From: Blastocatellia bacterium
GTDB taxonomy: Bacteria > Acidobacteriota > Blastocatellia > UBA7656
NCBI GenBank assembly: GCA_035249305.1
Contig: DATFGQ010000084.1
Span: 3,156-67,155, forward strand
Length of the DNA stretch: 64,000 bases
Reading direction: 5' to 3'
Every line of letters begins with the position of its first letter. Position 1 is the first letter of the stretch. The notes below the pieces were generated by a model. It saw only the letters and a list, made by a program, of their open reading frames with translations, searched no databases and was not told where the DNA came from. Position numbers and translations under genes: made by a program. Shown one piece after another: positions 48,124-57,442 of this stretch.

Positions 48124-48663
48124 ATGGCGGGGCGAGGAAAGACGATCTGCTTCATAGATAACGCGAACACATTCCATGGGCAACAGGAGTCGGGCTGGCG
48201 CATAGACTGGAAAAAGTTCTCTGAATACCTGGGCCAGGACGAGGAGATCTGGCAGACATACTTCTTCGCGTCTCACCAGGACCCGCCGCGCCCGGAAGAG
48301 GCGAGCTTCTTTCAGTTCCTCAAAGAACAGCTCCGCTGGGAAGTCGTGCTCTACCCGCTCGGCCTCAAGACGATAACCTGCAACAACTGTCACCGCACGG
48401 CGACGCTTTACACCGAAAAGGGCGTAGACACGGGCCTGGCCACGAAGATGCTCATGCTCGCGATGAGCCGCGCCTTCGAGACGGCGCTGCTTGTTTCGGG
48501 CGACCGCGATTACCTGGAAACCGTGAAGTACGTCAAAGGCATGGGGCTTCGCGTCGAGGTCATCTCCTGGCGCGGGGGTCTGTCCGACGACCTGGCAGCG
48601 GAGTCTTCTGCGCCCGTAGTATTTCTCTCAGACATACAGCGCGAAATCGAAAAGACCGATTGA
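48124..48663 (+). CDS. NYN-domain (LabA/DUF88-like) protein, predicted RNase fold
   Basis: Motifs are MAGRGKTICFIDNANTF, EKGVDTGLATKM and LVSGDRDYLETVKYVKGMGLRVEVISW. Confidence 0.7.
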   Translation: MAGRGKTICFIDNANTFHGQQESGWRIDWKKFSEYLGQDEEIWQTYFFASHQDPPRPEEASFFQFLKEQLRWEVVLYPLGLKTITCNNCHRTATLYTEKGVDTGLATKMLMLAMSRAFETALLVSGDRDYLETVKYVKGMGLRVEVISWRGGLSDDLAAESSAPVVFLSDIQREIEKTD

Positions 48664-49637
48664 CGCGCGCACGAGTCGCGCGACACAAATCGAACGTGGA
48701 GAACGATCATAAAAAGTTACTGCGGCTGGCCCCGGAAGTCGCCGAAGCCGTCATCGCGCGCAAGCCCGTCGTCGCGCTCGAATCTACGGTCATAGCGCAC
48801 GGCCTGCCACGCCCGCTCAACGTCGAGACAGCGCGGGCCTGCCAGCAGGCGGTCACAGACGAAGGCGCGGTCCCCGCGACCGTCGCCGTAATCGATGGAC
48901 GCGCCGCCGTGGGGCTTTCCGAAGCCGAGATCGACCTTTTCGCCGAAGGCGCAGCGCCCGACGGCGCTCGCATTGAAAAGGTCAGCGTCAACAACCTGGC
49001 GGCCGTGATCGCCGGCCGCCGCTGGGGCGCGACTACGGTGGCGGCAACGCTCAGCCTCGCGCACATGGCGGGGATCAGAGTCTTTTCGACGGGCGGGATC
49101 GGCGGCGTCCACCGCGGCGCGGCCGACACGTTCGACGTGTCAGCAGACCTGACGGCGCTGGCCCACACGCCCGTCGTTTGCGTATCGGCGGGCGCGAAAG
49201 CCATACTCGACCTTCCGAAAACGGTCGAACAGCTTGAGACGTTGGGAGTGCCTGTAGTCGGGTACCGCACCGATGAGTTCCCAGCCTTCTACTCTCGCGC
49301 GAGCGGCCTCGCCTTAGAGATCTCGGTCGATTCAGCCGAAGAGGCTGCGCGCATCGCCGTGCTTCACTGGGCGACGGGCGCGCGAACGGCCGTGCTCGTC
49401 TGCGCACCGATCCCCGAAGAGTCAGAGCTGGCGGCCCCGGAGGTTGACCGGGCGCTTGAAGAAGCGCTCAGAGAGTGCGCGCGCGCCGGAGTGCGCGGCA
49501 AAGCCATCACGCCATTTTTGCTTTCGCGGGTGGAGCGCGCGACCGAAGGTAAGAGCCTTGCGGCCAACCGCGCGCTGCTTGTCAACAATGCGGCCATCGC
49601 GGCGCGGATCAGTCGGAGCCTTGCTGCTATGGCGTAG
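48660..49637 (+). CDS. psuG: Pseudouridine-5'-phosphate glycosidase
   Basis: Motifs are LAPEVAEAVIARKPVVALESTVIAHGLPRPLNVETA, TGGIGGVHRGA and VCVSAGAKAILD. The start is either TTG 48660 (TTGA overlap with the NYN stop) or GTG 48696. Confidence 0.85.
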   Translation: MTRARVARHKSNVENDHKKLLRLAPEVAEAVIARKPVVALESTVIAHGLPRPLNVETARACQQAVTDEGAVPATVAVIDGRAAVGLSEAEIDLFAEGAAPDGARIEKVSVNNLAAVIAGRRWGATTVAATLSLAHMAGIRVFSTGGIGGVHRGAADTFDVSADLTALAHTPVVCVSAGAKAILDLPKTVEQLETLGVPVVGYRTDEFPAFYSRASGLALEISVDSAEEAARIAVLHWATGARTAVLVCAPIPEESELAAPEVDRALEEALRECARAGVRGKAITPFLLSRVERATEGKSLAANRALLVNNAAIAARISRSLAAMA

Positions 49638-49692
49638 ATAATCTCTATGGTTTAAAATTTATACTTGTGCGCTTGAACCCCATCCTCACGGC

Positions 49693-49711
49693 CACACTGA
49701 CTGCCAGTGTG
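49693..49711 (+). terminator. Weak hairpin after psuG (possible terminator)
   Basis: cacactg (49693-49699) pairs with cagtgtg (49705-49711) around a 5-nt loop, followed by agtattt. Confidence 0.3.
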
Positions 49712-49845
49712 AGTATTTCGAAGCTGTAGGTGCTCGATCTGATTCGATTCGAGTTTAAATCCAATAAGTTTGGACACCAGCGTTATCTGTCATAGTCACA
49801 AAAACAGCGAGGCCCGTTTGGGCGCTCGCACTAGGGAGGGTATCA

Positions 49846-50802
49846 ATGAGATTTCAAAGGACAGCAAGATCAATATCAATCGCGGCAGTTCTGCTTTTGC
49901 TCGTGAGTGCTCCGCAGGCGTTCGGGCAGGACAGCCCCCAAAACACGCAGTCACAGGATACGGGCTTCAGGCCGGGGATACGCAGGGTCGAGAGCGGTCA
50001 GAAGACCAAGCTCAAAGGGCGAATAGTGCGCCGCGATGCCGATACTTTCAGCGTCCTCGATGAACAGAGTATGGAGACGGTGGTCCGCCTCACCGACAAC
50101 ACCAGCGTCAAATCGAAAGGCGGCTTCTTCCGCAGCGGTAAGAATTATGGCGTCACGAGCCTGCTGCGCGGCCTGCCGGTCGAAGTCGAAGGCCGGGGCG
50201 GGGCCGACGGCCAGCTAGTAGCCGAGAAGGTCCGCTTCAACTCTTCCGACCTTAAAGTCGCCCAAACCGTAGAGTCGCGCGTCGCGCCGGTCGAGCGCGA
50301 GAGCCAGCGCATCGCCGGGCAGGTCGATGAGCTGAACGAGGTGTCGAAGGCGGCGCGGGCCGAGGCCGACAGGGCCAACGCCGGAGTCGCGACTACGAAC
50401 GAGCGCATCACCGCGCTTGACGATTACGCGGTGCAGGATTCCGTCGACGTCTATTTCAAGACCGGCAGCGCCGTCATAACGCCCGAATACAAAACGGCGC
50501 TCGACGAGCTTGCTCAGAAGGCACTAACCGCGAAAGGCTACGTCATAGAGATAGCCGGCCACGCGGATTCAACTGGCAACATGCAGCGCAACCGGCTCTT
50601 GAGCCAGCAGCGCGCCGACGCCGTGGTGCGGTACCTGCAAGAGAATCATGACATACCGCTGCGCCGCATGATCACGCCTTTCGGCTATGGGCAGATGAAG
50701 CCCGTCGCGGACAACACCACGCCGGAAGGGCGACGCCAGAATCGCCGCGTCGAAGTGAAGATACTCGTTAGCCGTGGAATGACGCAGACGCAGTCGAACT
50801 AG
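49846..50802 (+). CDS. OmpA-family protein (N-terminal OB-like and coiled-coil regions, C-terminal OmpA_C peptidoglycan-binding domain)
   Basis: Has a signal peptide (..LLLLVSAPQAFGQ). The C-terminus reads IEIAGHADSTGNMQRNRLLSQQRADAVVRYL..NRRVEV. The RBS is gggaggg. Confidence 0.8.
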   Translation: MRFQRTARSISIAAVLLLLVSAPQAFGQDSPQNTQSQDTGFRPGIRRVESGQKTKLKGRIVRRDADTFSVLDEQSMETVVRLTDNTSVKSKGGFFRSGKNYGVTSLLRGLPVEVEGRGGADGQLVAEKVRFNSSDLKVAQTVESRVAPVERESQRIAGQVDELNEVSKAARAEADRANAGVATTNERITALDDYAVQDSVDVYFKTGSAVITPEYKTALDELAQKALTAKGYVIEIAGHADSTGNMQRNRLLSQQRADAVVRYLQENHDIPLRRMITPFGYGQMKPVADNTTPEGRRQNRRVEVKILVSRGMTQTQSN

Positions 50803-50812
50803 GGCGAGTTAG

Positions 50813-50851
50813 AAAACGGTGAGGTGTGGCTGAAACGCCTCACCGTTTTTT
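50813..50851. terminator. Bidirectional rho-independent terminator between convergent genes
   Basis: aaaacggtgagg (50813-50824) pairs with cctcaccgtttt (50839-50850). An A-run lies on one side and a T-run on the other. Confidence 0.8.
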
Positions 50852-51375
50852 CATCGAATAGTCGTGAGCGCGTCGGCCAGCTTGTTGACCGCCTGGAGCA
50901 GCGAGCGCCCCGCCTCGTCGAACCGGTTGGCGGCGGCCTGACTCTCGGCCGTCTCGCCCAGCAGCGCTACGCCTGAGATGTTCGGGTAGTAGGACCTCCA
51001 CGCCGCGTTAAAGCGAAAATCCGACTCAAGCTTGTTGAGCCCATCGCTGACGTTCTTGACGCTCTCCCTCACCCTGGCTTTAGTCCGCTCGTTCTGCTGC
51101 GTGGCGGCCGAAGAGGACTCGCCGCTGCGCGCGGCCTGGTCGGCCGACTCGATCCCCTTGGCGATGCCGCCGTACAGGTAAAGGAAGTTCGAGAGCGTCT
51201 TTATCTGCGACGAGATTCGCTCGCGGCCGGCCTTAAGGTCGGCCAACTGCTGCGGGGTGGGAGCTTTTGCGACGGGCGCTCGGCGTCTGGGAGCCGGGCG
51301 GCGGCGCGTCTGCGCTAGCGCGGTCGTTGAAATAAGGATCGTCGTAACGAGAATCAATGTGAAGAATCTTTTCAA
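50851..51375 (-). CDS. Secreted helical hypothetical protein
   Basis: Has the signal peptide MKRFFTLILVTTILISTTALAQ. The rest is an Ala/Ser/Arg-rich helical sequence with no known motif. Confidence 0.5.
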   Translation of the reverse strand: MKRFFTLILVTTILISTTALAQTRRRPAPRRRAPVAKAPTPQQLADLKAGRERISSQIKTLSNFLYLYGGIAKGIESADQAARSGESSSAATQQNERTKARVRESVKNVSDGLNKLESDFRFNAAWRSYYPNISGVALLGETAESQAAANRFDEAGRSLLQAVNKLADALTTIR

Positions 51376-51524
51376 CGCTTACTCTCCTTATGTGGAAGCA
51401 TCTATATCCAACCTATACCAGTCAAAGTTGCACAGTCAAGCAACGGCGTAGATTAGAAAAGCAGAACAAAAGGTCTGCCTCTGCGTATTCGGGCTAGAGG
51501 CTTAATCACCGAAGGAGAAGCAAA

Positions 51525-53009
51525 ATGAGAATCATAACCCGCCTTGCGGCCATAATACTCGCGGCAGTCTGTCTCTCTTCACAGGCTTTCGCGCAGGCAA
51601 AACCCGACCGTTTCAAAGAGCAGCTCGAACCCGTCATCAAACAGGTCATGGCGCAGGCCGACATGCCCGGCTTCGCCATAGCCATCGTCGAAAATCAGAA
51701 GATAGTCTACGCGGCGGGGTTCGGCGTTAAGAATCTCACGACGCGCGAGCCTATCTCTCCTCAATCGCTGTTTCACATGGCTTCTATCACAAAGCCGTTC
51801 GTCGCGACGTCGATAATGCAGCTCTGGGAGCGGGGCAAGCTCGACCTCGACTCGCCCGTCGTAAGGTACCTGCCTTACTTCCGAGTCGGCGACGACCGCT
51901 ACGCGACGATAACCGTGCGGCAGATGCTCAGCCACATATCGGGCATGCCCGACGTCCAAGATTACGAGTGGGACAAGCCTCAGTACGACGAAGGCGCGCT
52001 TGAGCGTTACGTCAAGAGCCTCGGCAGCGAGAAGCTCATCGCCGCGCCCGGCGCAAAATTCCAGTACAGCAACATGGCTTACGAAGTGCTGGGCGACGTG
52101 ATAGCGAAAGTCTCGGGCGAGAGCTTCGAAGATTACGTCAAGCACAACATCCTTGAGCCGCTCAAGATGCAGACGAGCACGCTGCTGGTGAAGAAAGCCA
52201 GCCCGCAGTTCTTAACATCGCCTCACGTCCTGGGCAGCTCATACGACGTTGAGGTGAGCAAGGTCTTCCCCTACAACCGCATGCACTCGCCCAGCTCGAC
52301 GCTCTATTCGAGCGTGTTGGACATGAGCCGGTGGGCGATGGCCAACCTGAACCGCGGCGAGCTTGACGGCAAGCGGATATTGAAGAGCACGACTTACGAT
52401 CTGATGTGGAAGCCTGCGGGCGAGCAGTTCCAGCAGATCGGCATAAGCTGGTTTTTGAGGAAGTTCAAAGATTACTCGACGGTGACGCACAGCGGCGGCG
52501 ACACGGGGTTTGTCAGCAACCTCGTGCTGATCCCGGAGAAGTCTATCGCGGTCGTGATGATGAGCAACTTTGACCGCGCGCCGCTCGGCTTGCTGACGCA
52601 GGCCGCCTTAGACGTGGCGCTCGGCGCGACGCCCGCTCCCGTGTCGATTAAGCCGCCGATCGATAGAGTCGTTTACAAGACTATCGCGAAGGACGGCCTT
52701 GAGGCCGGCGTCAAACAGTATTACGAGCTGAAGAAGAATCAGCCCGACGCTTACAATTTCCAGGAAGCGTTACTGAACAGGCTCGGATACGTCTACATCC
52801 AGCAGGGCAAATTCAAAGAGGCCATCCGAGTTCTTCAGCTCAACGTCGAGGCTTACGCTTCATCTTCGAACGTGTACGACAGCCTTGGCGAAGCCTACAT
52901 GCGAAACGGCGACAAGCAGCTCGCGATTGAGAACTACGAAAAATCGTTGAAGCTCGACGCGAACAACACGAACGCCATCGAGATGCTGAAGAAGCTGAAG
53001 GCGCAATAG
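51525..53009 (+). CDS. Serine hydrolase of the beta-lactamase/transpeptidase fold (class C-like) fused to C-terminal TPR repeats
   Basis: Has a signal peptide, the SxxK motif in MASITKPF, and YSNMAY (YxN). The C-terminal ~110 aa are TPR-like (GKFKEAIRVLQLNVEAYASSSNVYDSLGEAYMRNGDKQLAIENYEKSLKLDANN). Confidence 0.8.
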   Translation: MRIITRLAAIILAAVCLSSQAFAQAKPDRFKEQLEPVIKQVMAQADMPGFAIAIVENQKIVYAAGFGVKNLTTREPISPQSLFHMASITKPFVATSIMQLWERGKLDLDSPVVRYLPYFRVGDDRYATITVRQMLSHISGMPDVQDYEWDKPQYDEGALERYVKSLGSEKLIAAPGAKFQYSNMAYEVLGDVIAKVSGESFEDYVKHNILEPLKMQTSTLLVKKASPQFLTSPHVLGSSYDVEVSKVFPYNRMHSPSSTLYSSVLDMSRWAMANLNRGELDGKRILKSTTYDLMWKPAGEQFQQIGISWFLRKFKDYSTVTHSGGDTGFVSNLVLIPEKSIAVVMMSNFDRAPLGLLTQAALDVALGATPAPVSIKPPIDRVVYKTIAKDGLEAGVKQYYELKKNQPDAYNFQEALLNRLGYVYIQQGKFKEAIRVLQLNVEAYASSSNVYDSLGEAYMRNGDKQLAIENYEKSLKLDANNTNAIEMLKKLKAQ

Positions 53010-53045
53010 CCGTAGAAGAGTTCTGAAAGCACTGTAGAGGCGCGA

Positions 53046-53267
53046 ATCAATAGGAAGCCTCGAAGAGGCGGCATTCAATAGCCGGAAGCCCCGTAGGGGC
53101 GCTATTCAATAGCCCGGCGCATCGCGCCGGGTGACGCATCATACAAAACGAAGCCCTGAAAGGGCGCGATATGAGTATCGCCCTTTCAGGGCTTCTCATT
53201 AATTACAATCGCTCTCCAGGGGCGTTGCCCCTGGCTATTGAATTACGCCCCTATGGGGCTTTCCGCC
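53046..53267. repeat. Mosaic palindromic intergenic element, family C (complete copy)
   Basis: The modules in order are: gcctcgaagaggc; linker attcaatagcc; gaagccccgtaggggcg; attcaatagcc; cccggcgcatcgcgccggg; the central hairpin gaagccctgaaagggcgcgata/tatcgccctttcagggcttc (53150-53195); ccaggggcgttgcccctgg; ggctattgaat; cgcccctatggggcttt. The left and right halves are inverted repeats. Confidence 0.9.
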
Positions 53268-53362
53268 AGCAATCGCCTTGACTTAACAGGCCGGTAAAAT
53301 ATAATCGCTACTCCCACGAAATCCTTTTTAAGAGTCGCCTAATCACTCAGGAGGGCCTTCTT

Positions 53363-55696
53363 ATGACTGCTGCATCGGCGAAACAAATCGAGATGGAAGA
53401 TAGCGAGCCTGCGCGCGCGCCAAAACCGCGCCGCTGGAAGCGCGTCATCTTTAGCCTGCTCGTCATCCTGTTTGCGGCAGTCGCGGCGCTCGGCCTCTGG
53501 CCGGCGAAGGCTGACTTTAGCGGCGACGAAACTACGGCGGGCGTGGGCACGGACGGCGGCGGGTTGAAACGATCTTTCCCCTCGATGATCTTCCCCGCGG
53601 ACAACTCGCCCGCGGACGGAAAAGCCGCCGAGAGAGTCGCGCTCGGACGCCTCCTCTACTTCGACCCGATCCTGTCGGGAGCCAATGACGTTTCGTGCGC
53701 TACGTGCCATCACCCCGATCTGGGACTAACCGACGGGCGAGGGCTTTCGATGGGCAAAGGCGGGCGCGGCCTCGGACCCGACCGCGCGGGCGGCGCGGTG
53801 ATCAAGCGCGGCGCTCCGACGGTGTGGAACGCGGCCTTCAACCACATGCAGTTCTGGGACGGGCGCGCGCCCAACCTCGAAGAGCAGGCTCGCGGGCCTA
53901 TTACCAGCGAAGTCGAGATGGCCGAAAACCCTGAGACGCTCGTCACAGAGCTAAAGGCCATCCCCGAATACGCGACGAAGTTCGACGCAGCGTTCGGCGG
54001 CGCGGGCGTGACGTTTGACAACGTCGTTAAAGCGATCGCTGCCTTCGAGCGGACGCTCGTTACGAACAACTCGCCCTTCGACCGTTTCGTGGCGGGCGAC
54101 GCCAACGCGCTCACCGAAGCGCAGCGGCGCGGCTTCGACCTGTTCCGCTCGGGCAAGACCCGCTGCTTCGAGTGCCACGGCATGCCGACTTTCGCAAACC
54201 GCGATTTCAAGATCATAGGCGTGCCCGACCTGGACCCGAATCAACCCGACTTCGGCCGCTTCGACGTGACCGAGGGCGAAGGCAACAAGCGCGCTTTCAA
54301 AGTGCCCACGCTGCGCAACGTCGCGCTGACGGCGCCCTACATGCACAACGGCCGGTTCAAGACGCTCGAAGAGGTGATAGATTTTTACGCGGGCGGCGGC
54401 GGGCCGGGCAAGGGGTTCGACACGCCGCACATCGACGACAAGATCCGCGTCTTCCCGGTCACGCCGGAAGAGAAGGCTGATCTCGCAGCCTTTCTGATCT
54501 CGCTCACGGACGAATCGAACCTGCCCCAGATCCCCGACCGAGTGCCATCGGGGCTTGCGGTAGTCCCTCGCCTGACGAACCCCGGCCGCGAAGTCGCCGC
54601 TAAATTCAACACGGGCTTTTCGCGCGAACAGGTCGGCGAGCGCCCGCCGCAGACGATCGCGGTTAAAGCGGGCGAGTCGATTCAATCGGCGGTCCGACGC
54701 GCGCGCGCGGGCGACACGATCGAAGTCGCGCCCGGCGTCTATCACGAGATGATCACAGTCGACATAGATAACATCACGCTGCGCGGGCAGGCGGGGGCAG
54801 GGCAGCATGCGCGCCCCGTGCTCGACGGCCGCGGGCAGCTATCGGACGCCGTCATAGTCACCGGAAACAACTTTCAAATCGAAGGCTTCGACGTGCGCGA
54901 CTACACCGCAAACGGCATAGTCGTTCAGAACGCCCACGCGCCAGTCTTCCGCGACCTCGTCATCGATAAGACGGGCCTTTACGGAGTCTACCCCGTCAGT
55001 TGCACGAGCGTCTGGGTCGAGCGCGTAACGGCCACTCGCATAGCCGACGCGGCGATCTACGTAGGCCAGTCGCGCGACATAGTCGTTAAAGACTGCGTCG
55101 CTCACGGCAACGTCACAGGCATTGAGATAGAAAACTCCGTCAACGCCGTCGTCGAAAACAACCACGTCTATAACAACACGGGCGGCATACTCGTCTTCGT
55201 TTTGCCGAACAACCCGTCGAAGGTCGGGCGAAACTGCAAAGTGATCAACAACCGCGTGATCGACAATAACCACCCGAACTTTGGTGCGCCTAACTCGATA
55301 GTCTCACGAGTCCCGCCCGGCACGGGCGTCATGATAATGGCCGCCGATGAAACGGAAGTTACCGGCAACGAGATTCGCGGAAACGATTGTTACGGGGTCG
55401 CGATCTTCAGCCTTGAGCTGGCCTTCCCGGCCGGGACACAGTTCGACGTTGGGCCTACGCCCGAGAACAACTGGGTCCATGACAACGTCTACGGCGACAA
55501 CGGCCGCAACCCTGCGGGCGCGGTCGCGCGCGCGGGTTTGAAAGGCGCGGACCTGCTCTGGGACCTGAGCGGGTGGTCGAACCGCTGGCAAGAGTCGAAC
55601 GCAACGCAATCGACGCCGCTTCTCAGCGCGGGCTGGCCATCGGCCGCGCGCCGCGCTCACTGGAGGGTTCTCCAATTCGCGAAAGACTATTTGTGA
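53363..55696 (+). CDS. Membrane-anchored di-haem cytochrome c peroxidase (CCP/MauG family) fused to a right-handed parallel beta-helix domain
   Basis: The N-terminal TM helix is [19 protein letters not shown]. Haem motifs are CATCHH and CFECHG, with [18 protein letters not shown]. The C-terminal ~350 aa has beta-helix-type repeats ([13 protein letters not shown].., ITLRG, NGIVVQN, GIEIENS, GGILVF, GVMIMAA, YGVAIFS). The RBS is aggagg. Confidence 0.8.
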   Translation: MTAASAKQIEMEDSEPARAPKPRRWKRVIFSLLVILFAAVAALGLWPAKADFSGDETTAGVGTDGGGLKRSFPSMIFPADNSPADGKAAERVALGRLLYFDPILSGANDVSCATCHHPDLGLTDGRGLSMGKGGRGLGPDRAGGAVIKRGAPTVWNAAFNHMQFWDGRAPNLEEQARGPITSEVEMAENPETLVTELKAIPEYATKFDAAFGGAGVTFDNVVKAIAAFERTLVTNNSPFDRFVAGDANALTEAQRRGFDLFRSGKTRCFECHGMPTFANRDFKIIGVPDLDPNQPDFGRFDVTEGEGNKRAFKVPTLRNVALTAPYMHNGRFKTLEEVIDFYAGGGGPGKGFDTPHIDDKIRVFPVTPEEKADLAAFLISLTDESNLPQIPDRVPSGLAVVPRLTNPGREVAAKFNTGFSREQVGERPPQTIAVKAGESIQSAVRRARAGDTIEVAPGVYHEMITVDIDNITLRGQAGAGQHARPVLDGRGQLSDAVIVTGNNFQIEGFDVRDYTANGIVVQNAHAPVFRDLVIDKTGLYGVYPVSCTSVWVERVTATRIADAAIYVGQSRDIVVKDCVAHGNVTGIEIENSVNAVVENNHVYNNTGGILVFVLPNNPSKVGRNCKVINNRVIDNNHPNFGAPNSIVSRVPPGTGVMIMAADETEVTGNEIRGNDCYGVAIFSLELAFPAGTQFDVGPTPENNWVHDNVYGDNGRNPAGAVARAGLKGADLLWDLSGWSNRWQESNATQSTPLLSAGWPSAARRAHWRVLQFAKDYL

Positions 55697-55699
55697 TTT

Positions 55700-56608
55700 A
55701 TGGCAGACGCTGCGATCAGAGTTGAGGCTAAAGAAGAGCTCGAAAAGAGCGTTGACTCGCCGGGAGTGTTGACGGCGAGCCTCCCAGGCCAGTGCCTTGC
55801 GGAGCTCGTAGGCACGTTCATCGTCATACTGTGCGGCAACGGGTCGGTGTCGGTCGCCGTCATGACGGGCGCGCTCACGGGTTCGAGCGCGCTCGACGGG
55901 TGGGCCGTCGCGATGATGTGGGGCCTCGGCGTGACGTTCGGCATATACGTCGCGGGGCCTGTTTCGGGCGCGCACTTCAACCCCGCGGTCACGATCGCTA
56001 TGACGGCGTTTCGCGGCTTCCCCGCGCGAAAGATACCGGCCTACGTCGCCAGCCAGGTGGCGGGCGCATACGCCGCGTGTGCTTTGATCTACGGCTTATG
56101 GCACGGCTTCTGGCCGCAGGCCGCCGAGAAGCTCGGCGTTCAAATCGGCCAGCCGGGCAGCCAGAGGATGGCCGCCATATTCGCCTGCTTTTACCCGAGC
56201 CCTGGCCTTGGCACGGACGCGCAGGCATGGGCGCAGCTCACCACGCCCACGGCCTTCATGATCGAAGTCCTACTCACAGCCTTCCTGCTTATGATGGTCT
56301 TTGCGTTGACCGAGCCTGACAACCCCGGCCTTCCGCAGGCGGGGCTCGGCCCGCTGTTCATAGGGCTGACCGTGACGGCGACTATCGGCATAGGCGGCGC
56401 GCTGACTATGGACGCGATAAACCCCGTGCGGGATTTCGGCCCGCGCCTGTTCGCCTACACGATAGGGTTTGGCGAGATAGCCTTCCCCGGCCCTCGCGGC
56501 AACGAGTGGTGGCTTTACATCCTTGCTCCCATTGTGGGCGGGATTGTGGGCGCGGCCGCTTACAGGTATCTGGTGCGCAGGTTTCTGCCGCGCCCGGCCC
56601 AGAGTTGA
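55700..56608 (+). CDS. MIP-family channel (aquaglyceroporin/GlpF-like)
   Basis: Has the first NPA box SGAHFNPAVT and a second box MDAINPVRDFGPRL, which is NPV instead of NPA. It has six hydrophobic helices. The start is 3 nt after the peroxidase-fusion stop. Confidence 0.85.
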   Translation: MADAAIRVEAKEELEKSVDSPGVLTASLPGQCLAELVGTFIVILCGNGSVSVAVMTGALTGSSALDGWAVAMMWGLGVTFGIYVAGPVSGAHFNPAVTIAMTAFRGFPARKIPAYVASQVAGAYAACALIYGLWHGFWPQAAEKLGVQIGQPGSQRMAAIFACFYPSPGLGTDAQAWAQLTTPTAFMIEVLLTAFLLMMVFALTEPDNPGLPQAGLGPLFIGLTVTATIGIGGALTMDAINPVRDFGPRLFAYTIGFGEIAFPGPRGNEWWLYILAPIVGGIVGAAAYRYLVRRFLPRPAQS

Positions 56609-56705
56609 CACTCTCGGGACGGGCAGAGAAATCTTATCTCAGATCTATGATCGAGCCGTTCAGCCGTTGGGTAAGCGGGGCGCTTTCGGGTTACGCGGGG
56701 ATCGA

Positions 56706-57119
56706 TTAAATCTTGAAAAGCTTGTCAAAAGCCGCTCGCGGGTCTTTAGTGTCGACGGTCGCGGTCGTCGTCTCGCGCTCGATGATCTTGCGCGGCTCAA
56801 AGACCTCGCACGTGTTGCGCACGTCTTTCTTGGCCACTCGCTCGGTGATAGGCTTGCGGCACTGGAAGCGCGCGCCTGGGTCGAAGCTCAGACAGTTTTT
56901 GCAAGTGTGAAGGTCGGTGTGGCACTTCGGGCATTCCGCGTCGAGCGCTATCCCGCCCACCTCTATGTTGACCGGCGTGCCGCACAGGTTACACCGCGTT
57001 ATCTCGCGAAAGGGCGGCATCTTCGGCGAGCGCACGTCGCCCTTTTGCGGCACAGCCGCGCGCGGGCGCTCGGCGCGCTCCTCGTCCTGATAGCCGCGTT
57101 GCTTATATTTCCTATCCAT
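56706..57119 (-). CDS. Small Cys-rich zinc-ribbon protein, hypothetical
   Basis: The start is taken at MDRKYKQRGYQDEE (ATG 57119), preceded by AGGAGG. CxxC pairs are CNLCGTPV...CPKCHTDLHTCKNC...C. Confidence 0.55.
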   Translation of the reverse strand: MDRKYKQRGYQDEERAERPRAAVPQKGDVRSPKMPPFREITRCNLCGTPVNIEVGGIALDAECPKCHTDLHTCKNCLSFDPGARFQCRKPITERVAKKDVRNTCEVFEPRKIIERETTTATVDTKDPRAAFDKLFKI

Positions 57120-57317
57120 AAACCTCCTGTAGCTGACAATATATTCTTGTTTTCCCTTGAAGCGATATCTGGTCAGCTGGCAGTTGAAACAAACGGTTTG
57201 TCGCAGTCCCGGACGAGCCCGGAACATAGCTGTCGAATCAATCAAAACCTGGTTTGGGATTTCCAAGATCGATTAGAGATGACAAGTCTCTTATACAACA
57301 TTAGCCCCCAGTAATCA

Positions 57318-57390
57318 AGTCCTGAGTCCTGAGTGCTGAGTCCTGAGTAATTAGCTTCTACTCAGCACTCAGGACTCAGCACTCAGGACT
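57318..57390. repeat. Heptad-repeat hairpin, family A (CTGAGTS)n, in a divergent promoter region
   Basis: The left arm is agtcctgagtcctgagtgctgagtcctgagt (57318-57348), the loop is aattagcttct, and the right arm is actcagcactcaggactcagcactcaggact (57360-57390). Confidence 0.9.
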
Positions 57391-57442
57391 GTTATGTTAA
57401 GATCGCTTTTCACATTTCGACGGCCTGAGATCGGAGGGAGAA

